The notes beneath the pieces are model-generated. The model made no database searches. It worked only from the letters and a program-made list of their open reading frames with translations, and was not told the origin of the DNA. A DNA stretch of 57,354 nucleotides, taken from the NCBI GenBank assembly GCA_013416795.1, contig RQSC01000015.1:489541-546894 (forward strand), written 5' to 3'. The stretch's first letter is position 1, and each line of letters begins with the position of its first letter. This DNA comes from Prasinococcaceae sp. CCMP 1430 (lineage: Eukaryota; Plantae; Prasinodermophyta). The position numbers and the translations under genes were made by a program. Shown one piece after another: positions 12,529 to 24,145 of this stretch.

Positions 12529-13597
12529 TTACGACGGCGGGGGCGCGTGCGTGTCCGCGCGTGCTTCTGAGGGGGCGACGACCGGCTGCTGTGGGGCATC
12601 CCCGCCAGCGGGCACGTCGGGCGCCACATCCGCGAGCGCCGGCGCGTCCGCCGCAAATGCCGGCGCGGCGGGCGCCACATCCGCGAGCGCCGGCGCGTCC
12701 GCTGCAAATGCGGGCGCGGCGGGTGGGGCAGTTGGCGCGTCCACTGCAACCGGGGGCGCGGCGGGCGCGGCAGCTGGCGCGACCTCCGCAGGTGGGACCG
12801 CCGCCGGCGCCTCCAGTCGCACTTCGAGCGCCGGGGCGCCCGCGGCAGGCTCTTCCACCGGTTGCTCGAGGGTAGGCAGCGCCATATCCCATGCTTTCGC
12901 CTCAATCTGGGGTCGCGACGCGCGCGTGTATGTGCGTGCGTGCGCGCGTGGAGACACGGGCGCGCGAAGGATGCGAGAGTGTGTCAGCCGTGCGCATCTC
13001 GGGCAGCGCGCGAGCACCCTGGAGGCGCTCGAGACGCGCGCACGTAGACGAGAGAGCGTGTGCGCGTGCGCGGCCGCGCGCATGGGCGGCCCCGACGGCG
13101 AGCGAGGGCATATGGCACTCACCTTGGGTCGCAGCGCCCTCTGGCGCTCCCTCTCGGCCTCCCTCTCGGCGCGCAGCCTCGCAGCGCGCGCGGCGGCCGC
13201 CGCGCGCTGCGCGGCGAGTGCCGCGGCGCGCTCCTCGGCGGCCTTCGCCTCCGCCTCAGCACGCGCGCTTGCCTCCTCCGCAGACAGCATCCCCGCGTCC
13301 GTCCTCTCCTCGATGACATCAGTGGTGACCACGTGCCCCGGGACCACCGCGCCTGCAGGAAACATGACCCCCTCGCCCCCGCCCCCGACAGCGCCGCCCG
13401 CGTCGGATGCAAGCACGACCTCCAGCTGCGGTGCCACAGCCGCCACGGGCTGCTGTGCGCCAGATCCTTCGGCGGCGTCGGCGGCGGCCACGGCGGCCTC
13501 GGCGGCCTCCACGAAGGCAGCTTCTTGCGCGGCCGCGCGTCGCTCCTCCTCTTGCGCGCGCGCGAGCGCGCCCTCGGCGGCGGCGGCCTCGCGCCCG
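12529..13597 (-). CDS. Ala/Glu/Pro-rich low-complexity protein, 5'-partial at the gap (exons <13597-13123, 12906-12529)
   Basis: AAG|GTGAGT donor at 13122 and CAG acceptor at 12909-12907 keep frame. Coiled-coil-like EAEAKAAEERAAA and a 51-bp (17-aa) tandem duplication at ~12621/12672. Confidence 0.65.
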
Positions 13598-13778
13598 NNN
13601 NNNNNNNNNNNNNNNNNNNNNNNNNNNNNNNNNNNNNNNNNNNNNNNNNNNNNNNNNNNNNNNNNNNNNNNNNNNNNNNNNNNNNNNNNNNNNNNNNNNN
13701 NNNNNNNNNNNNNNNNNNNNNNNNNNNNNNNNNNNNNNNNNNNNNNNNNNNNNNNNNNNNNNNNNNNNNNNNNNNNNN
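13598..13778. other. Assembly gap (N run)
   Basis: 181 consecutive N. Confidence 1.
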
Positions 13779-14566
13779 CCTCCGCACGCGCAAGCGCGCA
13801 CGGCCGCGCAGCCGCGGCCCCGTAGGCGCAGACGCAGGCGCTCGTCAGAGCGGCGTCGAGCAGGGCGAGAGGGCGGGCCAAGGGCGGGGGCGGGAGGGGT
13901 GGTAGGTGGGGGTTGGGGCGTGGTGGGGGCACCTGTGTGGCACGGAGCCTCCCACCAGCGCTGCGCTTCGCCAAAAAAAAAAAAAAAAGAATGGGGAGCG
14001 AGCGCGTGCGCACGCTCTGGTGCCGCTGCCCGCCAGCGGTGCCAGGGCGCGCGGGAGGGTGGCAGGAAGGGGCGGCGGGCGAGGAGGACGGAGCTGAGGG
14101 TCGTGCGTTGCTGCCGTCACACGGCACCGCGGTGGAGCGTGAAGGTGTCGTAGCAGGCGCTCTAGACTCAGTCGCTGGTGGCGTCGTCAAACTTCACACG
14201 TGCTTTTCAGTCAGTCTCACACATCAAATTGGTGCCCAAAAATTGCGGGCATGCACAGCCCGCCCCGCTACGCCTGGTGCGGGCAAGTCTGCAGCCGCGC
14301 GCCATTCGTCGCCAGCCGCGCGCGTTGGTGCCACTCGGGCGGCGCGTGGCACGTGTGCCAGTGGCCCTGCGTCCTCGCCGACGAGTCGCCGTGCAGTTGT
14401 CTTGGCAAGTCCTTATCGTCGCGTGAAGCAGTGGCGACGCGGACCCAAGCAGGGTGGCGCAGCAGTAGGGCTTGGTGATAGCTGTCACTGTAGAGCACGG
14501 CTCGCCACCGGGCTGCGAGCAGTGACCAAACCATCATTGGCACGCGCGCGCCACCCAGCCCTCGCT

Positions 14567-17431
14567 ATGGTCTGCCGCTCGCTGTACGTGCTGCTACTGT
14601 GGAGCTGGTATCGCCGCAAGGCGTGGGCAGAGGATCGCGGGGGCGGATTACCTCGCGAGAAGGTGAGGCTCTGGGACGGCGGCAAACCCGCGAAGCACCC
14701 CGACCCGACAAACAGGACGAAGCTCACGAGCCTGGAGAGAGGAGGGAGAGGGTTCTTCTACGAGGTATTGGCGGGGATATGCGGCGCCGTGAGCGAGGGT
14801 ATGGACGCTTGGTGCAAAAGGCAGCTTGAGTACTGCTGGGGGGTCTGCACCGTGCAGAACGGGCCTGAGAAATATGTTAAGGCAGAGCCCGCGGTCTATG
14901 CGTGGTACGCGATGCCTAACTACGACCTCGATGACGACGCCGAGTCCGCATTTTTAAACGAGGGCGACGGCGTCAAGCCTAACGTTGAAGCTAAATGGTG
15001 GATCAGGTTGAAGAAACTGCTCAGGTGGCCGCTCTCGGGTGAGACCGAGGCGCAGAGGACAAAGAACAACTTACACAAGGATATCAAGGCCCAGTGCGAA
15101 GAGGCACTGGTGGTCGCTGGCATCATAGAACGCGCAACAGAGAACAACGAGTCCGCGCGCCGGGCGTCGAAAGAGCGGCTTGACAGGCTTAAGCAGGCAT
15201 GCGATCGTGCAAAGGTGTTGCCAAAGACTGCACGGGCCGAGGACACGAAGGAGCTGACTTCGGTGCTTGATTCCATTGAGCAGGCTATCAAGGAGGCCAA
15301 AGGTCCGAACGCGACCCCTCCGACAGCGTCGAGATTGATAGCCGACGAGCTTTCTCGCCGTCTCACCTGGAGCGCCTTGTACGTCTCGGTCGCCGCCGAC
15401 ATCGACCTGGCTCTCGACTGGGTATTTTTCTCGCAGCTGGTGAGGCGCAGTCGCGATTCCAGCAAACCACTGGCAGAGTATGATCCTGGGGAAGCCGTCA
15501 CGTTCTGTGACAGCCGCTTAGCGTGGAACACGACTAACGTGCCGAATGCAACCGAGAGGGGATTTTGCGACGATTTGCAGGGCGACTTCATCCCACCGCG
15601 ATTCATGATCGTTGCGGCGGTCTTCGCTGCGCTTGGCACCGTGCTGTGGGCGCTCGCGGCGTTCGATCTTCTAGCTTGGGGACTGGATTACATATCACTC
15701 CTTCTCTTCAAAAGAGCCCCCTCCCCAGATGTGTATCCCTCGCGCGGAGTCGTGCTCCTGCTCAACCTGGCGCTGGAGGACGTGCCCCAGATCGTCATCT
15801 CATCGGTGGTAACGGCGGCGTACGATGGTGGGGGCACTGCCATCTCCTCGCTGGCGCTCGCGAACATCGTCACATCCGTCTACTCTCTGCTTTTCAAGGT
15901 CATGGCGACGTTTGAGTCCTCGGGCGGCGAGTACACAATCCCTGCGATGATCAGCGTGGCGCCCCTTGCGAGGGGCGAGATGGAGCAGCGGCGGCGCGCG
16001 CGTGATGCCTCCTCGCGGACTGCGCGAGAGTACGCGGTTGCCGCCGCCAACCGGATGCGCCTGCTGCAGGGCATATTCGACAAGGACGTGCTGGTATTGG
16101 ACGCGTGGTCTGACGTCCCGCCTGCCGATACGATGCGAGGGGGCGCATGGAGGAGACGGCTGCGGGCTGCCAAGACGGTTGAAAGGCTACGCATACGGAA
16201 ATTGAGAGGGAAGGCTGAAGTCGAAGACGTATTTGAGGTGCTAAATCAAAAGCACTCGTCGATCGTCACCCTTGATCTCGATCGTCAGTCCAGCAGTGAT
16301 GACCCCGCCATCGACGCTCCGGGCGTTGCAGCGCTCCGCGAAGCGCTCCAGACGAACAAAGCGCTCACGCGGCTTAACCTGTCCAACAATTCCATCGGCG
16401 AGGCCAGCGCGGAGGCGCTCGCGAAGGCGCTCAAGACGAACAAAGCGCTCACGCGGCTTAACCTGTCCAACAATTCCATCGGCGAGGCCAGCGCGGAGGC
16501 GCTCGCGAAGGCGCTCAAGACGAACAAAGCGCTCGCGTGGCTTAACCTGTCCAACAATTCCATCGGCGACGCCGGCGCGGAGGCGCTCGCGAAGGCGCTC
16601 AAGACGAACAAAGCGCTCGCGTGGCTTTACCTGGACGAGAATTCCATCGACGACGCCGGCGCACAAGCGCTCGCCGAGGCGCTCCAGACGAACGGCGCGC
16701 TCACGGAGCTTTGGCTGGGCAACAATTCCATCGGCGACGCCGGCGCACAGGCGCTCGCCGAGGCGCTCATGACGAACAAAGCACTCACGAGGCTTGACCT
16801 GGACATCAATTCCATCGGCGACGCCGGCGCACAAGCGCTCGCCGAGGCGCTCATGACGAACACAGCGCTCACGAGGCTTGACCTGGGCAACAATTCCATC
16901 GGCGACGCCGGCGCACAGGCGCTCGCCGAGGCGCTCATGACGAACAAAGCACTCACGAGGCTTGACCTGGACATCAATTCCATCGGCGACGCCGGCGCAC
17001 AAGCGCTCGCCGAGGCGCTCATGACGAACACAGCGCTCACGAGGCTTGACCTGGACCGCAATTCCATCGGCGACGCCGGCGCACAGGCGCTCGCCGAGGC
17101 GCTCAAGACAAACAAAGCGCTCACAGAGCTTTACCTGTACAACAATTCCATCGGCGACGCCGGCGCACAGGCGCTCGCCGAGGGGCTCAAGACAAACAAA
17201 GCGCTCATGAGGCTTAACCTGAACAACAATTCCATCGGCGTCGCCGGCGCACAGGCGCTCGCCGAGGCGCTCAAGACGAACGAAGCGCTCACGGACCTTT
17301 ACCTGGACGAGAATTCCATCGGCGACGCCGGCGCACAGGCGCTCGCCGAGGCAGAAAGGGCGGGCAGAGCGGAAGGTCGATACCTGACGATCACTCGTGT
17401 GTCTCAAAAGAAAGTACGAGGCTCTGAATGA
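14567..17431 (+). CDS. Intronless membrane protein: XK-like 4-TM module plus C-terminal RNI/NLRC3-type LRR array
   Basis: Four hydrophobic segments (~15362-15910) with DIDLALDWVFF and LEDVPQIVI motifs, followed by twelve 28-aa LRRs (ALxTNxALxxLxLxxNSIGDAGAQALAE). ATG 14567 is the first in-frame ATG after the GTG-called start. Confidence 0.85.
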   Translation: MVCRSLYVLLLWSWYRRKAWAEDRGGGLPREKVRLWDGGKPAKHPDPTNRTKLTSLERGGRGFFYEVLAGICGAVSEGMDAWCKRQLEYCWGVCTVQNGPEKYVKAEPAVYAWYAMPNYDLDDDAESAFLNEGDGVKPNVEAKWWIRLKKLLRWPLSGETEAQRTKNNLHKDIKAQCEEALVVAGIIERATENNESARRASKERLDRLKQACDRAKVLPKTARAEDTKELTSVLDSIEQAIKEAKGPNATPPTASRLIADELSRRLTWSALYVSVAADIDLALDWVFFSQLVRRSRDSSKPLAEYDPGEAVTFCDSRLAWNTTNVPNATERGFCDDLQGDFIPPRFMIVAAVFAALGTVLWALAAFDLLAWGLDYISLLLFKRAPSPDVYPSRGVVLLLNLALEDVPQIVISSVVTAAYDGGGTAISSLALANIVTSVYSLLFKVMATFESSGGEYTIPAMISVAPLARGEMEQRRRARDASSRTAREYAVAAANRMRLLQGIFDKDVLVLDAWSDVPPADTMRGGAWRRRLRAAKTVERLRIRKLRGKAEVEDVFEVLNQKHSSIVTLDLDRQSSSDDPAIDAPGVAALREALQTNKALTRLNLSNNSIGEASAEALAKALKTNKALTRLNLSNNSIGEASAEALAKALKTNKALAWLNLSNNSIGDAGAEALAKALKTNKALAWLYLDENSIDDAGAQALAEALQTNGALTELWLGNNSIGDAGAQALAEALMTNKALTRLDLDINSIGDAGAQALAEALMTNTALTRLDLGNNSIGDAGAQALAEALMTNKALTRLDLDINSIGDAGAQALAEALMTNTALTRLDLDRNSIGDAGAQALAEALKTNKALTELYLYNNSIGDAGAQALAEGLKTNKALMRLNLNNNSIGVAGAQALAEALKTNEALTDLYLDENSIGDAGAQALAEAERAGRAEGRYLTITRVSQKKVRGSE
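16343..17350 (+). repeat. 12 x 84-bp coding tandem repeat (LRR units)
   Basis: The period of 84 nt is seen directly (16343, 16427, ...). Units 1 and 2 and units 6 and 8 encode the same peptide. Confidence 0.97.
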
Positions 17432-17519
17432 CGCGAATCACGCGATATGACGTCCTGTTCCCACGCGCGCATCGGCGCTCACAAGCTGCCGCGCGGTGTA
17501 GCAGTAGCCCGTGTAGTAC

Positions 17520-17765
17520 CAAGACATTACGTGTGTACACGCAATCATGCACGTGCGTGTGCGTGTGCGCGTATGTGTGCTCACATGTGTGCGCTCGTAT
17601 GCGCGCGTGCGTGTTGTGAGTGTGTGTGTGCGTGCGCACGCGCGCGCGTGCACTTGTGTGTGTGTGCGTGTTTGTGTGTGTGTGTGTGTCTGTGTGTGTG
17701 TGTGTGTGTGTACGTGCGGATGTGTGTATGTATGTGTGTGTGTGTGTGTGCCTGCGCGTGTGCGC
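17520..17765. repeat. Imperfect (TG)n/(CG)n microsatellite
   Basis: Direct reading. Confidence 0.9.
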
Positions 17766-18017
17766 CCAAATCCATCACAGCGCCAATTCCCGCGCTTTTC
17801 CGGACGCGCGCGCCCCCGAATCGCGCTCCGCACGTTTTTTTTTGAAGTTCGGAGGAGAGTTCGGATCGGTTTCCGCGCTGCGCCGCGCGAGCCAGCGATC
17901 GCGCGCCACACCGCCCCCCTCCCCCTCCTCCTCCCCCCCCTTCCCTTCACTCCCCCCTCCCTTCATCCTTTCCTTCTCCCCTCCTGGTTCTGCCGTGAGT
18001 GATAGGCACCCTGATTG

Positions 18018-18071
18018 TGACGTGAGGGGTAGGGAGTGGTCCCTTGACGTGAGGGGTGCGGAGTGGTCCCT
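18018..18071. repeat. 2 x 27-bp direct repeat, each unit starting with TGACGT
   Basis: tgacgtgaggggtagggagtggtccct and tgacgtgaggggtgcggagtggtccct. Confidence 0.85.
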
Positions 18072-18492
18072 GACCCTCACTTGCACCGACCTCATGATCT
18101 CTTTGACAGACCACAATGGCGGCGATTCCCCCCCTCGCCCTTCTCCCCATGCACACCCCTCTTTCCTTCCCCTCTCCACCCTCTTTTCCTGTACTGCGAC
18201 CGTGGGCAATGGGTTCTGGACCCTCGACGCCAGCTGCTTCTGTGGTAAGTGCCTGGGACACCTACCTCCTTTCCCCCCTCCCCTTCCCCCCGCAACATCT
18301 GCCCTTGTCATCCAGGCACTTGCGCACCCTCAGGCTGCCGCCGCTGGTGTCGTCGACGGGGCCCGAGGAGGGAGCCGCGGTGCCGCGGTGCCGCGGTCGC
18401 GATGGGCGCGATGGGCGCGGGGGGCGCCCCCGGCCCGCGACGCGTGCGAATTGGGTAAAGGGCGAAAGGGGTGTGGCAGCTACGCCGCGCGT

Positions 18493-18648
18493 TTACTTCT
18501 TGGCAGGCTTCTTGGCCTTCTTGGCAGCCTTCTTGGGCTTGCGGCCGGTCTTGGCCTTCTTGGCCTTCTTGGCCTTGGGCTTCTTCGCCTTCTTCTTGGG
18601 CTTCTTGGCGGCCTTCTTCGCCTTCTTCTTCTTGGGCTTCGGCGGGCC
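18493..18648 (-). CDS. Orphan terminal exon encoding a linker histone H1-like Lys/Ala/Pro tail
   Basis: The minus strand reads ctccgcAG|[51 protein letters not shown] with a typical acceptor. No upstream exon or globular domain was found. Confidence 0.65.
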   Translation of the reverse strand, partial: GPPKPKKKKAKKAAKKPKKKAKKPKAKKAKKAKTGRKPKKAAKKAKKPAKK

Positions 18649-18700
18649 CTGCGGAGCGCGCGGAGGGCGCGGGCGGCGGCGGCGGCGTGCGTGCGCGCGT

Positions 18701-21700
18701 TTGGGACCGGCGGGCGCCGTCGTCGACGCGGCGTGGTGCGCGCTCGGGGGCTCGGGCGGGCGACTGCTGTGCATGCTGCGCGCGGGCGCCGTCGTCGAGG
18801 TGCACGCGGCGACGGGTGAGCGATGGGACGCGCCGCTCGCCGCGCCCGCCGACGGCATGCTGCCGACGCCGATTGGACTGCTGCTCACGCGCTCGGACGG
18901 CGCCGCGCCGAGGCTCCTCGACCATCCCCTCGCCGAGCCGCGCGAGGTGGACGTCGCTGGCGCATTCGCCGCCTCGACTCGGGCGAGCGGCATCGCCGCT
19001 TCCGAACGCGCCGCCGCGGTGCGCGTGGTGTGGGCGAGCGATGAGGCGCCGCTGGCGGTGTGTGTCGACGCCTCGCGCGCGCTCGTGTCGATCTGCTGGC
19101 TGGCGAGCGAAGCGTCGGACGGCGCCGCGACCGGCGCCGCGTACGCGCTGCGGTCCGCATGGGAGGCGCCGCTCGCGGCAAGCGTGGGCGCTGGCGCCGC
19201 GGACGCGAGCGCAGAGGCCGACGGCTTCATCGCGCACGGTGACAGTGACGAGCGACTTCTGTGTGTGCTCATCGCCGGCACGCTGCTCGCCTTCGAGCTC
19301 CCCACGACCGAGGGCGCACCGCTGCGCGACACGTTCGTGCGCGCTGGTGTTCGCGCTGCGGCGCCGGTCGTGGCGACGCGAGGCGACGCTGGCACGGGGG
19401 CGTCCGGCGATGACGACGGAGGGGATGGCAGCGGCGTGCGCGACGTGCTCATCGCCGACGCCGACGGCTCCTTGCGGCTGCTCGCCGGGACTCGCGAGGT
19501 CTGCGAGGTTGTGCTTCCCGACGTTCCGAATGGTGTGGAGGTGGTATCGCTGAGCGCGGGGTGCTACGACCGGGTGAGCGCAGGCCTCGGCGACGGGCGG
19601 CACCTGCGTATTGAGCTGCCGTTCGTGCCCGCCACGGCGCCCGCGCGCGCTCTCCTCCAGTGCGCGCGGGGATCGCTTCCGTCCGCGCAGGCGAGTGCGC
19701 TCGAAGCAGCCGTAGTGCGCGTCCTGGGTGGCGCGTCGCCGTCTCCCTGGCCGCGGACAACCTCCGCGGAGCTTGAGGCAGTGCGTGTTTGCGTGCTCTC
19801 CGCGGCGGGGATCGATCTGAGCGCTGATGACAAGCACGGCGTTTCTGGCGCGAGCCCGATGGCTGGCGACGCAGCATGGCAGTCTCTGTTGCGGTCGCAC
19901 ACGCACGCGTCTGCCACGGATGCGTGGGATTTCGCCGCATTGCGCCTGCCAAAGGCCACCCCAGGCGCGTCCTCCGGCAAGGCTGGCAGGAGCTCACTGC
20001 GACGCGCCGCCGCCGCTGCTGAGTCGGTGCGAGACACCATTGCGCCTGAGGTGCTGCTTGTGAGCTTGCACGCCGCGTACGAAGACCACAAGCTCGACAC
20101 CCTGCGCCACCCCGCGCTCCCAATGTTCGCCCGAATGCTCGCCACCCTCGCCGCGCGTGTGGGCGCACGCGCGCGAGCGTACTCGGAGCACTACGCACGC
20201 GATCAGCCGGCCGCGGCCGCTCGCGGCGCTGCTGAGGCCAACGCCGGCGAAAGCGCCGGCGGTGACGGCGACGAGCTGCCCCCTCCGTTTGACGTCTTTG
20301 GACGCCTCGAGGAGACCTTGGGAACGGCCAGTGCCGGCCAGCACGTGGCCCTCCGCGCAGCGTTGCCGCACGCTGTGGTCCATGGCGGCAGGGGGACGGC
20401 CTGGACGCGCGATGTGTTGTCATTCTACGAGCGCATCGGGGCCGACGATCCTACCATTGGCGATGGAAGTGGCGCAGCCGAGGCAGATGCGGTCCCTTTG
20501 CCACTGCTGATGACCGCGCGCGGCTTCGGGCTGACGCAGATAGGCCGCCTGCCGGTGGGCGTGGCCTTGCCGCTACAGCAAGACTTGCAGCGCTGGCGCG
20601 CGTCTCCACCGCCTGGCTGGCCGCGGGCTGTATACGTGCTTCTGGGGCGGGAAGACCTTGCGGCCAACGCGAGCGACGCCGCGGAGGGTGACGCAGCGGA
20701 CGGGCGTGTGGATGCGTTGCACTCGCTGCCTTACACGCTGCGGCCTCGTGCGCGCGATGCCGCGCTCACACAGCTGGCGGGTGTCCTGGAAGACGACCAT
20801 GCCTCCAACTCCCTCGGTGACGCGGGTGCATCCGCCGCGGTCGCTGGAGCAGCGGGCGCAGTCAGTGAAGACGCGGACGATGCGGCAGACGCTGACGGCA
20901 TGGCGCACATGTACGGCGCACCCAGCACGCAGGCAGGCGAGGATGTCGGCGCAGGCAGTGGAGAGGGTGCGCGCGCGAGCAGGCACGCGCACTCGGGGGC
21001 TTCAGCGTATCGCTCGCTCGGCCTCCGCTTCCGACGCGACCTGCGAATCCTGGAGGTTCGCCGGCTGCTCTCGAGCGCCACCGCGCGGGCTGTGCGTGTA
21101 GACAGTGGCGGTGGCGACTCGGCTGCGCCCGATCTGGTGGCTGCCCAGCAGGATCGGCTGCTCGCACTCGCGCATCGCACTGCGGCGGGCCCGCTCGGGC
21201 GCGGCGCCTTTACGCTGGCGACGGCATCAATTGCGCCGACGGAGTCGCTGCCAATCCCGTCGCTTGTCTACGACGGCCGGCTGCCGTCGCAGCAGAACGC
21301 AAAGATCACGCTGGATCCCAACGCGGGCGCCGCCGGCGGCGCCGCGGCGACCAACGCCGCGGCGACGGCCGCAGCGATTGGGGAGCTCGACGGGTGGCCG
21401 CACTTCCACAATGGCGTTGCCGCCGGGCTGTGCTTTGCGCCCTGGGCCGGCGCGCACGACGGTGCCGATGCCTCCGGTGGCAGAGCAGGCGGTGACGCCG
21501 GCCCTCCTAATCCAGTCACGCGCTCGTGGATCGTGTACAACAAGCCGCCCGAGCCGAGCTACGCTCACGCGGGTCTGCTCATGGCGCTTGGATTGACCGG
21601 CCAGTTGTCGGTGCTGTCTGCGACCGATGCCTTCCGCTACCTCAGCCAGGAGCACGACGCGACGGCCGTGGGTGTGCTCCTGGGCATGGGCGCCGCCCGC

Positions 21701-24145
21701 AAGGGCTCGATGGACCCCGCCGTCTCCAAGATGCTGCTTCTGCACGTGCCCGCTCGCCACCCAAACACCTATCCGGACCTCGAATTGTCGCCGCTTGTAC
21801 AGGCGGCCGCCCTGGTGGCGCTTGGTCTGCTGTACCAAGGCAGCGCGCACCGCCTGATGACGGAGGTGATGTTGCGTGAGATAGGGCGCAAGCCAGGCGC
21901 CGACGGCGGCCGCGGCCGCGAGGGCTACGCACTCGCGGCGGGGCTCGCCCTCGGGCTGGTTGCGCTTGCGAAGGGCCGCAGCGCTGCGGGGATCGCTGAC
22001 CTTCGGGTGGAAGACCGCCTGCGAAGGTACATGGTTGGCGGCCACGACGAGCGGCCCTCAGCCTCGAGCGCCACGCGGTCCGCAGGTGGCGCGGCGATCG
22101 CCACTGGAGGCATGTGGGGCACAGGCGCTGAGGGGTCCCACGCGCCCACGATCACTCATGGACCTGGCGTTGCCGAAGTGTACTCGCCCATGGCGAGCTC
22201 GGGGGTGGGTGGCAGCGCGGCCAGCGCGGGCGGCCAGAACAGCTCGGCCGACTACGACGATGGCGGGGCTGGCGTGAGCAACGGTCAGGTGATGGAGGGC
22301 GCCATGGTGAACTTGGATGTGAGCTCCCCCGGAGCAACCCTCGCACTGGGGCTGATGTTTCTCAAGACCAACGACGCGGCGGTGGCGCGGCGGTTGAGTG
22401 TGCCGGCCTCGCACTTCCAGCTGGACTACGTGCGGCCGGACTTCGTGCTGCTGCGCGTGCTCGCGCGTGGACTGGTGCTGTGGGATAGCGTGCAGCCAAC
22501 GCAGGCGTGGGTCGAAGGCAATCTGCCCACGCTCGTTGCGCGCTGGGCGCACGAGGCGGGCTTTGGGCCGTCGCCTGAGCCCGCGGCGCCGGGCGGCGCA
22601 GCTTCAGAAGCGAACGCGGATTGCGTGTGCGACTCCGACGATGATATCGACGTGGAGGCCCTGGGCCAGACGCACGCGTCGGTGCTCGCCGGTGCCTGCC
22701 TGGCACTCGGCATTCGCTTTGCGGGCACTGCGTGTGGAGCTGCCGCCCGCACGCTCACGTCCTACCTCGAGTACTTCCTCAAGCGCAAGGCTGACACCCC
22801 CGCGGCGGCCGCCGGGGTTGCGCCGCGGGTGGGCACCGATAGGGCGACCATCGAGTGCTGCATAAGCACGTGTGCGCTCGCGCTGGGCGTTGTCATGTCC
22901 GGCACGGGCGACCTGGCCACGCTGCGAGTGCTGCGGAGGCTGCGACGGCGTTTGGACGCTCCCGCGCTCACTTACGGCGACCACTGCGCTGCCAGCACGG
23001 CGATTGGTTTCCTGTTCCTCGGCGGCGGACGCATGACCTTTGGCCGCGGCGACCGCCAGATCGCCGCGCTCGTGTGCGCGCTCTACCCGCGCATGCCATC
23101 GTCGCCGGGCGACAACCGGTGCCACCTGCAAGCCCTTCGCCACCTATACGTGCTCGCCGCGCAGCCGCGCAGCATCGAGGCCCTCGATGTGGATACCGGC
23201 GAGGCTGTGTATGCCCCCATCGAGATTCTTCTTCACTCGGGCGCGACGCTCAAGCGCGTTGCGCCGTGCCAGCTACCCGACACGGATCTCGTCGCGAGCG
23301 TGCGCGTGCTCGGCCCACGCCACTTGCCGCAGTCGGTGGCGTTCTGCGCCGGCTGCCCGCCCGCGGGCCACGCACTGCGCCGCGGCGTGGTGTACGTGAA
23401 GCGCCGCACCGGCGCAACGACGTACGAAGCCGATCCGCTGGGCACGCGGTCGCTGGCCGCGCGTGCCCCCGGCGAGAACGGCGCGGGCGAGGCGCTGGTC
23501 GCTGCATTTTCGAGCAATCCCTCACTGCAGCAGCATGCGCTCATCCTCGCCGGTGGCGCCGACAGCGGGCCTTTCGCCGAGTTTGCGGCGGCGGCGCTCT
23601 ACGACTGCGCAGCGGGCGAGAAGCCGTTGGCGCTCTATTTGGGTCTGTACCATGCCGCGTGCGCGCTTGCGTTGTCTGAGGAGGCCGAAGGTGCCCACGT
23701 CGGGCCCAGTGGCACGCGAGGCCCGTGCGTGTTGCATTGCGGCCCCGCGGGTCCCGCGTTGGCGCTGTGGCAGATTCGACTGGCCCGCACGCACGCGCGC
23801 CTGCTGGCAGCCCGGGGCGAGGGCAGCTCCGCGCTCGTGCGTCCGGGATTGCTCGAGGGCCTGCACGAGTCTGTCATGGGTGTGCTGCGCAGCTGGGCAG
23901 CGAAACCGCAGACAGTGGCCGAGTTTGTGCGAGGCGGAACTGCGTCCTTTGGTGAGGGCGCGCGCGCGGCGCACTTCGGCGCAGCAGCTTCATACCTTGG
24001 GCTCCCTTCATCGCAGAGTGCCCTCCGCATCGCGCTTGAGGCCTCGCGCGCCGTGGGCGCCGTGGGCGACGCTGCGTTGCCAGCGCTCGCCGCGGCGCTG
24101 CCAGGCGTTCCGCTCGACGCGCTCAGGGTTCTCGCGGCGGCGTGA
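18701..24145 (+). CDS. APC1: Anaphase-promoting complex subunit 1, apparently intronless, N-terminus missing or uncertain
   Basis: AVVDAAWC...[38 protein letters not shown] repeats ([31 protein letters not shown]) and [16 protein letters not shown]. Confidence 0.95.
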   Translation: MGPAGAVVDAAWCALGGSGGRLLCMLRAGAVVEVHAATGERWDAPLAAPADGMLPTPIGLLLTRSDGAAPRLLDHPLAEPREVDVAGAFAASTRASGIAASERAAAVRVVWASDEAPLAVCVDASRALVSICWLASEASDGAATGAAYALRSAWEAPLAASVGAGAADASAEADGFIAHGDSDERLLCVLIAGTLLAFELPTTEGAPLRDTFVRAGVRAAAPVVATRGDAGTGASGDDDGGDGSGVRDVLIADADGSLRLLAGTREVCEVVLPDVPNGVEVVSLSAGCYDRVSAGLGDGRHLRIELPFVPATAPARALLQCARGSLPSAQASALEAAVVRVLGGASPSPWPRTTSAELEAVRVCVLSAAGIDLSADDKHGVSGASPMAGDAAWQSLLRSHTHASATDAWDFAALRLPKATPGASSGKAGRSSLRRAAAAAESVRDTIAPEVLLVSLHAAYEDHKLDTLRHPALPMFARMLATLAARVGARARAYSEHYARDQPAAAARGAAEANAGESAGGDGDELPPPFDVFGRLEETLGTASAGQHVALRAALPHAVVHGGRGTAWTRDVLSFYERIGADDPTIGDGSGAAEADAVPLPLLMTARGFGLTQIGRLPVGVALPLQQDLQRWRASPPPGWPRAVYVLLGREDLAANASDAAEGDAADGRVDALHSLPYTLRPRARDAALTQLAGVLEDDHASNSLGDAGASAAVAGAAGAVSEDADDAADADGMAHMYGAPSTQAGEDVGAGSGEGARASRHAHSGASAYRSLGLRFRRDLRILEVRRLLSSATARAVRVDSGGGDSAAPDLVAAQQDRLLALAHRTAAGPLGRGAFTLATASIAPTESLPIPSLVYDGRLPSQQNAKITLDPNAGAAGGAAATNAAATAAAIGELDGWPHFHNGVAAGLCFAPWAGAHDGADASGGRAGGDAGPPNPVTRSWIVYNKPPEPSYAHAGLLMALGLTGQLSVLSATDAFRYLSQEHDATAVGVLLGMGAARKGSMDPAVSKMLLLHVPARHPNTYPDLELSPLVQAAALVALGLLYQGSAHRLMTEVMLREIGRKPGADGGRGREGYALAAGLALGLVALAKGRSAAGIADLRVEDRLRRYMVGGHDERPSASSATRSAGGAAIATGGMWGTGAEGSHAPTITHGPGVAEVYSPMASSGVGGSAASAGGQNSSADYDDGGAGVSNGQVMEGAMVNLDVSSPGATLALGLMFLKTNDAAVARRLSVPASHFQLDYVRPDFVLLRVLARGLVLWDSVQPTQAWVEGNLPTLVARWAHEAGFGPSPEPAAPGGAASEANADCVCDSDDDIDVEALGQTHASVLAGACLALGIRFAGTACGAAARTLTSYLEYFLKRKADTPAAAAGVAPRVGTDRATIECCISTCALALGVVMSGTGDLATLRVLRRLRRRLDAPALTYGDHCAASTAIGFLFLGGGRMTFGRGDRQIAALVCALYPRMPSSPGDNRCHLQALRHLYVLAAQPRSIEALDVDTGEAVYAPIEILLHSGATLKRVAPCQLPDTDLVASVRVLGPRHLPQSVAFCAGCPPAGHALRRGVVYVKRRTGATTYEADPLGTRSLAARAPGENGAGEALVAAFSSNPSLQQHALILAGGADSGPFAEFAAAALYDCAAGEKPLALYLGLYHAACALALSEEAEGAHVGPSGTRGPCVLHCGPAGPALALWQIRLARTHARLLAARGEGSSALVRPGLLEGLHESVMGVLRSWAAKPQTVAEFVRGGTASFGEGARAAHFGAAASYLGLPSSQSALRIALEASRAVGAVGDAALPALAAALPGVPLDALRVLAAA

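Noticed and set aside
16343-17350. Regular repeat array as a CRISPR locus
   Set aside because: The 84-bp units are wholly coding LRRs with no unique spacers or cas genes, and the context is eukaryotic.
18116-18700. N-terminal extension of APC1 with a hydrophobic [12 protein letters not shown] segment
   Set aside because: It is the antisense reading of AAG/GCC-rich Lys/Ala codons and shows no APC1 similarity.
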